Notes under the pieces: generated by a model | The model's input: only the letters and a program-made list of their open reading frames with translations | The model's database searches: none | Told to the model about the DNA's origin: nothing | In this document: one piece after another, positions 22,510 to 31,737 of the stretch | Position numbering within the stretch: position 1 is the first letter of the stretch | Layout of the letters: each line of letters opens with the position of its first letter | NCBI GenBank assembly: GCA_963718525.1 | Contig: OY970355.1 | Coordinates: 64,001-128,000 of the forward strand | Direction of reading: 5' to 3' | DNA from: Candidatus Dormiibacterota bacterium | Lineage (GTDB): Bacteria > Chloroflexota > Dormibacteria > Aeolococcales > Aeolococcaceae | DNA: 64,000 bases | Translations under genes and position numbers: made by a program

Positions 22510-23225
22510 CGGTCGAGCACCAGGAGCAGTGCAACCGCCGTCAGGCCACCGATGAGAATCGGCGCGCCGACCGGTACGACCGGGACCGTGACCAGGGCGA
22601 TGAGCCCCGCGCCGAGCGCCACCAGACGCATGCGCGCGGTGTTGAGGCGGGGTCCGAGCAGTGCGATGAAGGCGGCCGGACCCGCAACATCGAGACCCGT
22701 CGCCGCAGGCGAACCGAGCGCGTTGCCCACCAGAGCGCCCGCAATCGTCGATGCGTTCCAGAGCACGTATACGCTGAGCGCGGTCGTCCAGAACGCACGC
22801 GCCGAGTGGCCGCCTCGTGCTTCGCTCACCGCCATCGCGGTGCTCTCGTCGATGGTGACCTCCGCCATCAGGAAACGCCGCCAGCGCGTGGGACGCAGCA
22901 GGGTATTGATCCGCGCCCCATACAGGCCGTTGCGCACGCCGAGCAGCAGCGCCGTCCCCACCGCCGAGAAGTACGACCCGCCAGCGCCGATGATGCTGAC
23001 CAGCGCGAACTGCGATGCGCCGGAGAAGAGCACCAACGACAGCACACACACCTGCAGCAGGCTCAGGTGTGCTTCGACCGACACCGCCCCAAACGACAGC
23101 CCGAACGGCGTGACGCTCACACCGATGGTCAGCGCGCGATTGCGAATCCGCCGTTCTGCGGACTGGAGCGTCGCCGCGTCCGGCGGGTCGTCTTGAAGCT
23201 GGTCATTGCGCGGGGGCTGGGACAT
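22506..23225 (-). CDS. azlC: AzlC family permease
   Basis: FSGASQFA, LLGVRNGLYG, TIDESTAMA. Confidence 0.88.
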   Translation of the reverse strand: MSQPPRNDQLQDDPPDAATLQSAERRIRNRALTIGVSVTPFGLSFGAVSVEAHLSLLQVCVLSLVLFSGASQFALVSIIGAGGSYFSAVGTALLLGVRNGLYGARINTLLRPTRWRRFLMAEVTIDESTAMAVSEARGGHSARAFWTTALSVYVLWNASTIAGALVGNALGSPAATGLDVAGPAAFIALLGPRLNTARMRLVALGAGLIALVTVPVVPVGAPILIGGLTAVALLLVLDR

Positions 23226-23295
23226 GCGGCAGCGCAAGCCTAGGCAATCCGCCGGTCCGCTGAGCCCGTGGAAGCGACGCCGCCGGGGAGCATGA

Positions 23296-23345
23296 CGTCA
23301 AGATTTCGGTGAACTTGACGCCGGAGTGCTCATCCTGCACAGTAA
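23296..23345 (+). promoter_or_regulatory. Inverted repeat CGTCAAG-N11-CTTGACG overlapping a TTGACG -35 upstream of tauE
   Basis: Perfect 7-bp arms at 23296-23302 and 23314-23320; TTGACG-N17-CACAGT. Confidence 0.5.
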
Positions 23346-23390
23346 TGCGAGAGCGTCAAACGCGGCAGGGGACTCGGGAGGGACGCGGGG

Positions 23391-24353
23391 GTGCATATCG
23401 ATCTCTATGTGGCGCTGGCTGGGCTGATCGTCGGTTTCGCCGTGGGTCTCACCGGGATGGGCGGGGGTGCGCTGATGACCCCGATCCTGGTGCTGCTCTT
23501 CGGCATCGCACCGCTGGCCGCGGTCTCGAGCGACCTGGTGGCCTCGCTGATCATGAAGCCGGTCGGCGCCGCGGTCCACGCGGGCCGGGGCACGGTGCGC
23601 TGGAACCTCGCCGGGTGGCTGGCGATCGGGTCGGTGCCCGCGGCGTTCCTCGGCGTGGTCTTCCTGAAATCGATCGGGCACGGGACCCGGGTGCAGACCG
23701 TGGTGAGCATCGCGCTCGGCATCGTGCTCCTGATCGCGGTCATGGCCCTGCTCCTGAAGCTGTACCTCGATCACCGCAACGGCACGTCGCGCGGGGACGA
23801 GCGCCTGGTGATCAAGAAGCTGCCGACCCTGGCGATCGGTGCGTCGATCGGCTTCATCGTGGGCATCACCTCGGTCGGCTCGGGGACCCTGGTGATCGTG
23901 CTCCTGCTCTTCCTCTACCCGCGCCTGCGAGGCTCGCAGATGGTCGGCACCGACCTCGCCCAGGCGATCCCGATGGTGGGCTCGGCGGCGCTGGCGCACA
24001 TCGTCTTCGGCGACTTCAAGCTCGGCCTGACGCTCTCGATCCTGATCGGGAGCATTCCCGGGGTCCTGATCGGTGCGAGTGTCTCGTCGTACGCGCCGAC
24101 GGCGTTCCTGCGCGGTGCGCTGGCGGCGGTGCTGCTGGTCTCCGGGCTCAAGCTGGTCAACGTGCCGACCCTGGCGATCGGGGTGGTGCTGCTGGTCTCG
24201 GTGCTGGTGCTCGGCGCCGCCTGGCTCTACGTCCGCGCGAGTGGCCGGACCCTCCGCGAGCTCTCCGGCGAGAGCAATCAGCATGGGCTCACGGCGCGCG
24301 ACTTCTCCGAGGAGCCGGCGATGCAGCCGGCCGGCTCGCTCACCGAGGCATAG
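23391..24353 (+). CDS. Sulfite exporter TauE/SafE family protein
   Basis: GLTGMGGGALMTP, GITSVGSGT, VGTDLAQA. Confidence 0.9.
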   Translation: MHIDLYVALAGLIVGFAVGLTGMGGGALMTPILVLLFGIAPLAAVSSDLVASLIMKPVGAAVHAGRGTVRWNLAGWLAIGSVPAAFLGVVFLKSIGHGTRVQTVVSIALGIVLLIAVMALLLKLYLDHRNGTSRGDERLVIKKLPTLAIGASIGFIVGITSVGSGTLVIVLLLFLYPRLRGSQMVGTDLAQAIPMVGSAALAHIVFGDFKLGLTLSILIGSIPGVLIGASVSSYAPTAFLRGALAAVLLVSGLKLVNVPTLAIGVVLLVSVLVLGAAWLYVRASGRTLRELSGESNQHGLTARDFSEEPAMQPAGSLTEA

Positions 24354-24374
24354 CCCGTCCGGTCACACCCGCGC

Positions 24375-25193
24375 TCAGACGGAGGGCGGTCCGCTCCTGA
24401 GGCGATCCCGAATCTCGAGCATTCGCTCGTCGCTGTGGTGTGGCATCGCCCAGCGGGTCTCGAGCCACCACGTCGCGCCGGCGTCTGCCCACGGGCGCAC
24501 CCGCGCCGCCGCGGCAGCAGGACCGCCGGTCGCGGACTCGCCGTCGATCACCACCTCGAGATCGTCACGCCCTCGCTCGGCGAGCCAGGCGCGCATGTCG
24601 CGAACATCGTCCGGTGAGCCGTCGCGACCGGGAATCTCGATCTGCGGGACCACGCCGTCGCAGCGCAGCACGCGCCGCATCGATTTCGGCCTCGGCCACA
24701 CGCCCGCAACCCAGATCGGGATTCGCGCCTGCACCGGCCTGCCGACCTCGGTGAGGTCGGTGCGATCGCACTCGTAGTGGTAGTGCCTGCCGTGGTACTT
24801 CGTCCCACCGTCCCACAATGTCCGGATCAGGTCGATGCCCTCATCGAGGTACTCGGCCCGCATCGGCAGATCGATGACCTCGCCGGTGAGCGGCAGGTCC
24901 GTCGCGATCGCGCCGAGCCCGACGGTGAGGATCGCTCGCCCGGCGGAGAGCTGATCGAGCGTGGCAACCTGGCTGGCCACCTTCCACGGACGCCGCCACG
25001 GCAGCGGGGTCAGCAGCGTTCCAAGCATGACCCGGGTGGTCCGCGCCGCCATGGCCGCCAGCAGGGTCCACGCGTCGACGCCGTACGCGGCCTCCCAGAC
25101 GAAGACGCCGTCCCACCCCGACTCCTCGGCCACGATCGCCTGTTCAAGTTGCTGCGTCGCCGTCCCACCCGGGAGGACCACTCCGAACTTCAT
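24375..25193 (-). CDS. LLM class flavin-dependent oxidoreductase
   Basis: AEESGWDGVFVWE, DAWTLLAAMAARTTRV, RRPWKVASQVATLDQLSAGR. Confidence 0.9.
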   Translation of the reverse strand: MKFGVVLPGGTATQQLEQAIVAEESGWDGVFVWEAAYGVDAWTLLAAMAARTTRVMLGTLLTPLPWRRPWKVASQVATLDQLSAGRAILTVGLGAIATDLPLTGEVIDLPMRAEYLDEGIDLIRTLWDGGTKYHGRHYHYECDRTDLTEVGRPVQARIPIWVAGVWPRPKSMRRVLRCDGVVPQIEIPGRDGSPDDVRDMRAWLAERGRDDLEVVIDGESATGGPAAAAARVRPWADAGATWWLETRWAMPHHSDERMLEIRDRLRSGPPSV

Positions 25194-25282
25194 GCTCTCG
25201 CTCCGTGTGTCTTCCTGGACCGCCGCCGCGCCCCCAAAGCCGTGCGCCGGCCCCTTTTCGCGTAGCCGACCGTATAACCGAT

Positions 25283-26461
25283 ATGCGGAGGACATCGCTC
25301 GGACTGCTCGCCGTCGTCGCGGCGACGGCGATTCTGGCTTCTTGCTCGCTTCCCGGCGTCTCGACGAGCCCGACGGCCGCATTCACACCCACCCCTTTGC
25401 CCTCGACCGCGCCGACCGCGACGCCGGTCGTCTGCACCAACCAGAGCGTGCTTGCCACCTGGAGTCTCGATCGGCTTGCTGAGCAGACCCTGGTGATCCC
25501 CGTCGCTGAAACAAACGTCGCGGCGGTGACCTCGGAGGTCGCTGCCGGCGCCGGTGGCGTGATCCTCTTCGGGTCGTCCGCGCCATCGACCCTGTCCACC
25601 AGCCTGCGCACGCTCGCCGCCGCCGCAGCCGGCGGCGTCGCCCCCTTTGTGATGACCGACGAGGAGGGAGGCGCGGTGCAGCGCATGGCGAACCTGGTCG
25701 GCTCGATGCCTTCGGCGCGGCAGATGGCCGCCACGATGTCGCCGGCGCAGATCCGTCAGCTCGTCACCGCTGTCGCCCTGCGCATGCATGCCGCCGGCGT
25801 GACAATGGACCTGGCACCGGTCCTCGATCTCGACAACGGTCAGGGACCGAACAACCGCGATCCGGACGGCACCCGATCGTTCAGCCTCAATCCCACCGCG
25901 GCGGCGGCAGACGGAATCGCCTTCATGCAGGGGCTGCAGGCGGGCGGCATCGTGCCGGTCGTCAAGCACTTCCCGGGGCTCGGTCAGGCGTCGGGCAACA
26001 CGGACGTCGCGCCCGCGAGCACCCAACCGTGGAGCTCGCTGCAACGCGCCGGCCTGCTCCCATTCGAGAGCGCACTTGCGTCCGGCGCTCCTGCGGTGAT
26101 GATCGCCAATGCAACGGTCCCCGGTCTCTCGGCGCTTCCGGCGAGCATCTCGCAGGTGGTCATGACCACCGTGCTGCGCGACCAGCTTGGGTTTCAGGGC
26201 TTGGTGATGACCAACTCGCTTTCCGCCGGTGCGCTCGCCCACATCGGCTATTCGGTTCCGAAAGCGGTGGTGGCAGCGATCTCCGCGGGTGCCGACATGG
26301 TGCTCTACACGGCGGCAGCCGCGCAGGTGGCGTCACTCACCAGCGCAACTGTGGCGGCTCTGGTTGCGGCGGTCAACGCCGGCACGCTCACCCGCGCGCG
26401 TCTGACAGGAGCTGTCGCGAACGTCCTCGTCGCAAAGAACGTGCACCTCTGCGCCGGCTGA
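25283..26461 (+). CDS. GH3 beta-N-acetylhexosaminidase-like lipoprotein
   Basis: Lipobox LASC, DEEGGAVQR, APVLD, KHFPGLG; nucleophile position reads TNSL. Confidence 0.87.
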   Translation: MRRTSLGLLAVVAATAILASCSLPGVSTSPTAAFTPTPLPSTAPTATPVVCTNQSVLATWSLDRLAEQTLVIPVAETNVAAVTSEVAAGAGGVILFGSSAPSTLSTSLRTLAAAAAGGVAPFVMTDEEGGAVQRMANLVGSMPSARQMAATMSPAQIRQLVTAVALRMHAAGVTMDLAPVLDLDNGQGPNNRDPDGTRSFSLNPTAAAADGIAFMQGLQAGGIVPVVKHFPGLGQASGNTDVAPASTQPWSSLQRAGLLPFESALASGAPAVMIANATVPGLSALPASISQVVMTTVLRDQLGFQGLVMTNSLSAGALAHIGYSVPKAVVAAISAGADMVLYTAAAAQVASLTSATVAALVAAVNAGTLTRARLTGAVANVLVAKNVHLCAG

Positions 26462-26546
26462 GCATTCGACCGGTTTCCGGCGCTCGACCCGTAGAAAGAG
26501 TGTGACACCCGCCGCCGCGCAGTCTGACCAGCCGTGGTCAACTGCA

Positions 26547-26899
26547 ATGATCGATCAGCATCTCGACGATCGCAGCGTGAGCTTTGAGGCTGAATTAAGG
26601 CCCCTGCTCGGGGTTGCGATGCGCCTCGCCACCGCGCTGCGCCTCGAGCGGAATGACGCCGAGGACGCCGTGCAGGAGGCGGCGCTGCGGGCGTGGAGGT
26701 CGCGCCGGAACCGGCGGTCGGGGACGGACCTCCGTCCCTGGTTTCTCGCGATTGTCGCCAATCAATGTCGCGAGACTCGCCGCGTTGCTGGGCCTCCGTT
26801 CTTCGTTTCGCCGACCCGCCCGAGCGAGCGACCGTCGCTGCCATCGACGCAACGGGAAGCCTTGACATGGCCACGGCGCTGCGCTCAAGGGCTACGTGA
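26547..26899 (+). pseudogene. Truncated ECF sigma-70 factor (region 2 only; frameshift ~26785; region 4 absent)
   Basis: DAEDAVQEAALRAW...PWFLAIVANQCR, then shifted frame ending LDMATALR. Confidence 0.75.
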
Positions 26900-27240
26900 A
26901 CCTCCAGGGAGTCATCGGCGGGCGAGTGGTCCAGCTCGGCGTCACACACAGCGCGGGCGGTCCGCTGCTCAACAACAACAATGGCACCCTCCCGATGGTG
27001 CGACTGCTGTTACTGCGTCCCGGTGGGACTGCGTATGTCGCATTCGAGGACTCCGATGTCCCCAACGGCCCAACACCGTGCTCGTCGACGCAGACGTTGC
27101 TGATCACCCCACCGCAGGGCGGCCACTCCGTATCGCTGACCGGCACACCGGTCTCGTTGTGTGGCGGTTTCCGCGCCAAGCTCTGGATCGATATCGCGCC
27201 GGTGAGCGGGACCCCGTACTACAACACCAAGATCGCCTGA
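26880..27240 (+). pseudogene. C-terminal fragment of DUF4232-like extracytoplasmic protein
   Basis: ALKGYVNL...LLRPGGTAY...C...LLITPP...C; no signal peptide or N-terminus. Confidence 0.55.
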
Positions 27241-27377
27241 CCGGACTCTTCCGGCCTGGCGCCCGATCGTGATTGCGTACGTCGGCGCGGGGGCGGGGAT
27301 CCTGCGCAGCGCTGCTAGGATGGGCCGCCTGCATCGCCGCATCGGTGGCACGGACCGATATACGACGGGGGTGATCG

Positions 27378-28166
27378 ATGATCCACGGTGCTGTACGGAT
27401 TGCGTCTATCGCGCTCGTGAGCAGCGCGCTCGCAGTAACCGTCAACGCGCATCCGGCGAGCGCGGCTCACGCTGTCCTGCACCAGGATCAGCCGAGGTCG
27501 CCGTCATCACGCAGCGGCGCCTGGTGGGGAATCGACACCGTCGGCAACGTGCAGACGGGCAACATCATTGCGCAGACCAGGACGGACCTCGGCGCGCCGC
27601 AGTTCGTGGGGCGATATCTCATCTACAGCACCGAGCTTTCGAGTGCCGAGGCCGCATACATCCATCAGCAGGGGCTCTCGATATTGCTCATCGACGATCC
27701 GAATCGCGCGTTCACCTCCGGATCCACCGACGCGCAACAGGCAATCGGGCAGGCTCGCGCGCTCGGCGTCGCTCAGGGTGTCGCGATCTTTCGCGACGTC
27801 GAAACGAGCGATCCCATCTCCGCGACATACATCGGCGCATACACGGCCGCCTTCGCGGGCTCGGGATACGTCACCGGCTTCTACGAGAATCCGATCAACG
27901 GCGCATTCTCCGGCGCGTACTGCTCGCTGGTTGCCAGCAATCCAGCCGCGGTGAAAGGTGTCCTGCTCTTCTCAAGCGAGCCCGAGCACACTGGCAGCGA
28001 TCCTCACCGCGCGGCTCGGCCGCACTATGGACCGAACGTTCCGCCGTGCGCCAACCACACAGCCGCCTGGCAGTACCTGGAACGCGGACTCTTTCCCCCG
28101 GGGACCTGGCCCAACGTCGACGTCGACGAGCTGCCGTCGCGTTTCGCGCACGTGCTCTGGGCCTGA
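27378..28166 (+). CDS. Secreted DUF1906/GH25-like glycoside hydrolase
   Basis: Signal peptide; WGIDT, FVGRYL, AIFRDVE, TGFY, AWQY, NVDVD. Confidence 0.65.
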   Translation: MIHGAVRIASIALVSSALAVTVNAHPASAAHAVLHQDQPRSPSSRSGAWWGIDTVGNVQTGNIIAQTRTDLGAPQFVGRYLIYSTELSSAEAAYIHQQGLSILLIDDPNRAFTSGSTDAQQAIGQARALGVAQGVAIFRDVETSDPISATYIGAYTAAFAGSGYVTGFYENPINGAFSGAYCSLVASNPAAVKGVLLFSSEPEHTGSDPHRAARPHYGPNVPPCANHTAAWQYLERGLFPPGTWPNVDVDELPSRFAHVLWA

Positions 28167-28200
28167 TCACAGCTGACCGGACCGGCCCCCGGCGCACGGA

Positions 28201-28434
28201 CTAGCAGTCCGCGCAGGGGGTCAGATCGGTCGGGGCGCCATCGCCGGCGCGGCGGTAAACGAGCACGACATCCCGGGGAGCCCAGAAGGCTGTCCAGGCC
28301 CGGGCAAGGCGTCCCGGACCGAGGAGCCGGCGGCGCTCGCGACGCTGCTGGGCGCGAGTCCGAGCCATTATCGCGCTCATCATGTGCTCCTGCTCGGCAA
28401 CCTGAGCCATCTCGAGAAGCTGGGGTCCATTCAT
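28201..28434 (-). CDS. Small hypothetical protein with C-terminal CxxC
   Basis: GGAGG RBS before ATG 28434; divergent from CGNR gene. Confidence 0.55.
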   Translation of the reverse strand: MNGPQLLEMAQVAEQEHMMSAIMARTRAQQRRERRRLLGPGRLARAWTAFWAPRDVVLVYRRAGDGAPTDLTPCADC

Positions 28435-28453
28435 CGTTGTGTCCTCCGTTTGA

Positions 28454-28528
28454 GTAACCATCCAAAGTGGTTTACTGGTAACAGTGTATCGCGCCGTGCA
28501 TCACTTGTCAAATGCTTATACTGGTAAC
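28454..28528. promoter_or_regulatory. Two related 29-bp operator-like boxes ending TACTGGTAAC
   Basis: GTAACCATCCAAAGTGGTTTACTGGTAAC (28454-28482) and ATCACTTGTCAAATGCTTATACTGGTAAC (28500-28528). Confidence 0.6.
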
Positions 28529-28554
28529 GATGATGACCGAGGGAACGCCCTGAC

Positions 28555-29127
28555 ATGAGCGGCACGGACCACCGCGACCCGGCCCCCGGATCGCTCGCTC
28601 TCGTACAGAAATTCATCAACAGCACGGAGATGCCGGACGGCGAGGACGAGCTGCGCAGCGCCGCCCTGGCTGAGCGTTGGTTGCGCGACGTGGCCGGGAC
28701 CGATCTCACGGTGTCGGACCGCGATCTCGGCCGGCTGGTCGCCACACGCGAGGCGCTGCGGGATCTGCTCGAGGCACACACAGGTGAGAACGTCGATCCG
28801 ACCGTGGCTGTGAGGCTCGAGAAGCTCCTCGGTCATGCGCCGCTGCGGCCGATCGTCAGCGCACGGGGAGCCACCCTTGCAGTCGACTGCCGGGGGGTCG
28901 ACAGCTTTCTCGGGATGGTCTCGACCGCGATCGTCGAGGCGACGCTGATGGGCACATGGGAGCGCTTCAAGGTCTGCCGCGCCAACTCGTGCCGTTGGGC
29001 CTTCTATGACCACTCCAAGAACGGCCGTGGCTGTTGGTGCTCGATGCAGGTCTGCGGTTCTCGGGAGAAGGCCAAGACCTATCGGGCCCGGCAGCGCGCT
29101 GGGACGGGGCAGCCGCAACCGGGCTGA
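28555..29127 (+). CDS. ABATE/CGNR zinc finger protein
   Basis: FINS...REALR; KVCRANSCRWAFYDHSKN...WCSMQVCGSR. Confidence 0.9.
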   Translation: MSGTDHRDPAPGSLALVQKFINSTEMPDGEDELRSAALAERWLRDVAGTDLTVSDRDLGRLVATREALRDLLEAHTGENVDPTVAVRLEKLLGHAPLRPIVSARGATLAVDCRGVDSFLGMVSTAIVEATLMGTWERFKVCRANSCRWAFYDHSKNGRGCWCSMQVCGSREKAKTYRARQRAGTGQPQPG

Positions 29128-29133
29128 CCGCCG

Positions 29134-30843
29134 CTACAGCTCGGCGACGATCTCCTTCGCGGCACGCTCGCCCGTCTCGATGGCGCCGTCGAGGAACCCC
29201 TGGTTGTTGATCGACGTGTGCTCGCCGGCGAAGTGGACCCGTCCCTGGGGCGCAGCGGCGATCGGACCGTAGGTCGCGTACTGGCCGACCTTGTAGAACG
29301 AGTACGCACCCCTGACCCATGGATCGCGAGCCCAGTGATCCTCGTAGGCGGCGCCGGTGAACGCGTCGCGGGTGCCGGGAAAGATCGGGTCGATTCGATC
29401 GAGGAACCAGCCGACGTCCTTCACCGGGGAGGGTCCGTGGGCCCCACCGGTCAGCGTGTCGCGGCCGGTGCTTGCGCCGGGGAACGCAAGCAGCAGCGCG
29501 GGGGCGCCATGCCGGCCACGTGGGACGGAGTCGTCCCAGCAGACGTCGAAGCTCTGCCAGTCGGTGTACGCAACCCCGTTGAACCCGTGCCGCGCCCAGG
29601 TCTTCTCGGCGACCTCGACGTGGATCTTTGCGTTGGATCCCATGCCGAAGGTGTCGACGACCCGAACCTTTCTCGCGTCGAAGCCGGCTCGGTTCAAGTC
29701 GACTTCGCGCAGCAGCGTGAACGGCAGCGCGAGCGCAACATGGTCCGCGACGACGTCGGTCGTCGTCCCGTCGACCTCGAACGTCAGCGTGTACGACCCG
29801 TCGCTGTTCTCCCGGAGCGCGACCAATCGGTGACCGAGCCGCAGCGTCTCTGCGGGGAGTTGCGCGGCCATGCCGTGCACCAGCTGATCGTTGCCACCGA
29901 CGATGTGCCACTTCTCGTCGTACCCGGGCAAGGGGTCGAGTGATGTGCGCGGGTTCACCCCGGTGAGCCCGATCAGGTCGAGTGCCGATTGATCGCCCGG
30001 ATCCCCACCGTTTTCGGAGACCGTGTTGGCGAGCATCAGCCGGCCGAACCGCGATGCGCTGCCGATTGGTGTCTCATCCAGCCATTCCGGCGCCGAGAGA
30101 CCGTCAAGACGCGCGAGGCCTGGCTCGGTGTTCGATTCCGTGACCGCGTCATGAAACGCCTTGTAGCCAAAGGCCCGCCAGTCGTTGCTCGCCTCCGCGT
30201 ACGTGTAGTAGGCGCCGTCGAACCAGTACACCTCGGGCAACCCCTGCAACTCGCCACCGTTGTAATCCTCGAGCTGCAATCCGAGCTCCGCCGCAAGGTC
30301 GAGAGCCGCGTACTGGTTCGAGTCGATGAACGCTCCGCCGTGCTCGGTGATCAATCCATTCGAGAAGTAGTCACGCAAGGTCCAGCAGCGGCCCCCGATA
30401 CGCTCCGCGTGGCCTTCGTAGAGGGTCGAGCGGATGCGATGGCGTGTCCACAGCAGATGGCTGCAGCGCAGGCCGGCCAGCCCAGCGCCGACGACGGCGA
30501 TGCGTGGCATCTGGCCCGTCGACGTGGAACGCGCCGACGCCAGCACCCGGGTCGCCGCGGGCCCGAACGCCACGCCTGCGCCCGCGAGTGCGGCACCGCC
30601 CAGGAAGCGGCGGCGCGATACGGGCCGGTTGAGCACCGTCCGCTGCTCGAGTTCCTCGAGAACCGCATCGACGGGAAGCCTGCGTGCGTCCGCCAATGCA
30701 TTGAGCGCAAACAGGCGCCGGAGGTTCGCGGTCAGCTGCGTCCGCGCCGACTGCCTGCCACGAGCGTAGCCCGGGTAGCGTTCCCTCACGTCCACCCCCT
30801 GGATTGGTGACGATTCCTCGGCTGCAGGATAGCCAACGCACAT
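29134..30843 (-). CDS. Flavin monoamine oxidase family protein
   Basis: SRRRFL twin-arginine-like motif, GAGLAGL, GGRCWT, HFAGEHT, GFLDGAIETGERAA; start uncertain. Confidence 0.9.
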   Translation of the reverse strand: MCVGYPAAEESSPIQGVDVRERYPGYARGRQSARTQLTANLRRLFALNALADARRLPVDAVLEELEQRTVLNRPVSRRRFLGGAALAGAGVAFGPAATRVLASARSTSTGQMPRIAVVGAGLAGLRCSHLLWTRHRIRSTLYEGHAERIGGRCWTLRDYFSNGLITEHGGAFIDSNQYAALDLAAELGLQLEDYNGGELQGLPEVYWFDGAYYTYAEASNDWRAFGYKAFHDAVTESNTEPGLARLDGLSAPEWLDETPIGSASRFGRLMLANTVSENGGDPGDQSALDLIGLTGVNPRTSLDPLPGYDEKWHIVGGNDQLVHGMAAQLPAETLRLGHRLVALRENSDGSYTLTFEVDGTTTDVVADHVALALPFTLLREVDLNRAGFDARKVRVVDTFGMGSNAKIHVEVAEKTWARHGFNGVAYTDWQSFDVCWDDSVPRGRHGAPALLLAFPGASTGRDTLTGGAHGPSPVKDVGWFLDRIDPIFPGTRDAFTGAAYEDHWARDPWVRGAYSFYKVGQYATYGPIAAAPQGRVHFAGEHTSINNQGFLDGAIETGERAAKEIVAEL

Positions 30844-30879
30844 GCGTCACGCAGGCGTTCGCCGGCCCTCCGTGTGTCG

Positions 30880-31737
30880 TCAGACCTCGCGGCGGTGAAG
30901 GCTCCACGCGGTCAGCGCCACGATCGCCACCACCCAGCACAGCGTCCACCCGAGGAACGCAGCGGACGGCGGCGACTGGACGAAGAACGGATTGCCGGCC
31001 CGCTCGGTCGTCGCCCCGAGCACGGTCCTGTACAGCACGGGCTCGAGCTCGTAGACGGAGCCACGCCAGAGCGCGTCGGTGGGCAGAAGCAGCTGGCTGA
31101 TGGTTCCGGCGTTCTTGATCGCGTTGCTCCCGAAGACATCACCGATGGCGCCGGCGATCCCGCCGATCCACGCGAGGAAGAACAGCACGAGGCTGATCAC
31201 CCCCGCCGTCATGCCGGACAGCCGCGTGCTGATCAGCAGCGCGAGGGACATGACCACGATTCCCTCGCCGCTCAGATACAGCGCCAGGCCGACCGGACCC
31301 GGCGGGACGTAGCTCGTGGTGAACCCAACAACCGTGAGCTCGAGCGCCGTGGTGGCGGCGACATAGATGACGATGAGCGCGGCAAGACCGAGCCACTTGC
31401 CGAGGACCACCTGGTACCTGCTCAGGGGTCGCGCCAGCATGGACAGGGCCACCCCCGACTCCAGCTCGCTGGAGATCGCGGGCGAGGCGACGACCACAGC
31501 GCTCAGGGCAAGCACGGCACTGAACATGAACTCGACCAGGACGAGGACCTGCGAGGTCGCCAGGTGCAGCTCGGTGCTGGGGATCGGGCTCCCGTCGGGG
31601 TTGGTGAGGGTGGTCAGATGTTGAAATCCCCAGCCTGTGAGCCCGATCACGATCACGGTGAGGATGGCGAGCGCCAGCAACAGCTTCCTGCGCGCGGCCT
31701 CACGAATCGTGAGCCGCGCGATGGTCAGCGCTGCCAT
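30880..31737 (-). CDS. ABC-2 type permease
   Basis: TIREAARRK, ELESG...LARPLSR...LGKWLG. Confidence 0.88.
   Translation of the reverse strand: MAALTIARLTIREAARRKLLLALAILTVIVIGLTGWGFQHLTTLTNPDGSPIPSTELHLATSQVLVLVEFMFSAVLALSAVVVASPAISSELESGVALSMLARPLSRYQVVLGKWLGLAALIVIYVAATTALELTVVGFTTSYVPPGPVGLALYLSGEGIVVMSLALLISTRLSGMTAGVISLVLFFLAWIGGIAGAIGDVFGSNAIKNAGTISQLLLPTDALWRGSVYELEPVLYRTVLGATTERAGNPFFVQSPPSAAFLGWTLCWVVAIVALTAWSLHRREV

Noticed and set aside
30560-30843. Internal twin-arginine motif in the amine oxidase as novel
   Set aside because: N-terminal extensions before RR motifs occur in this family and the start is uncertain
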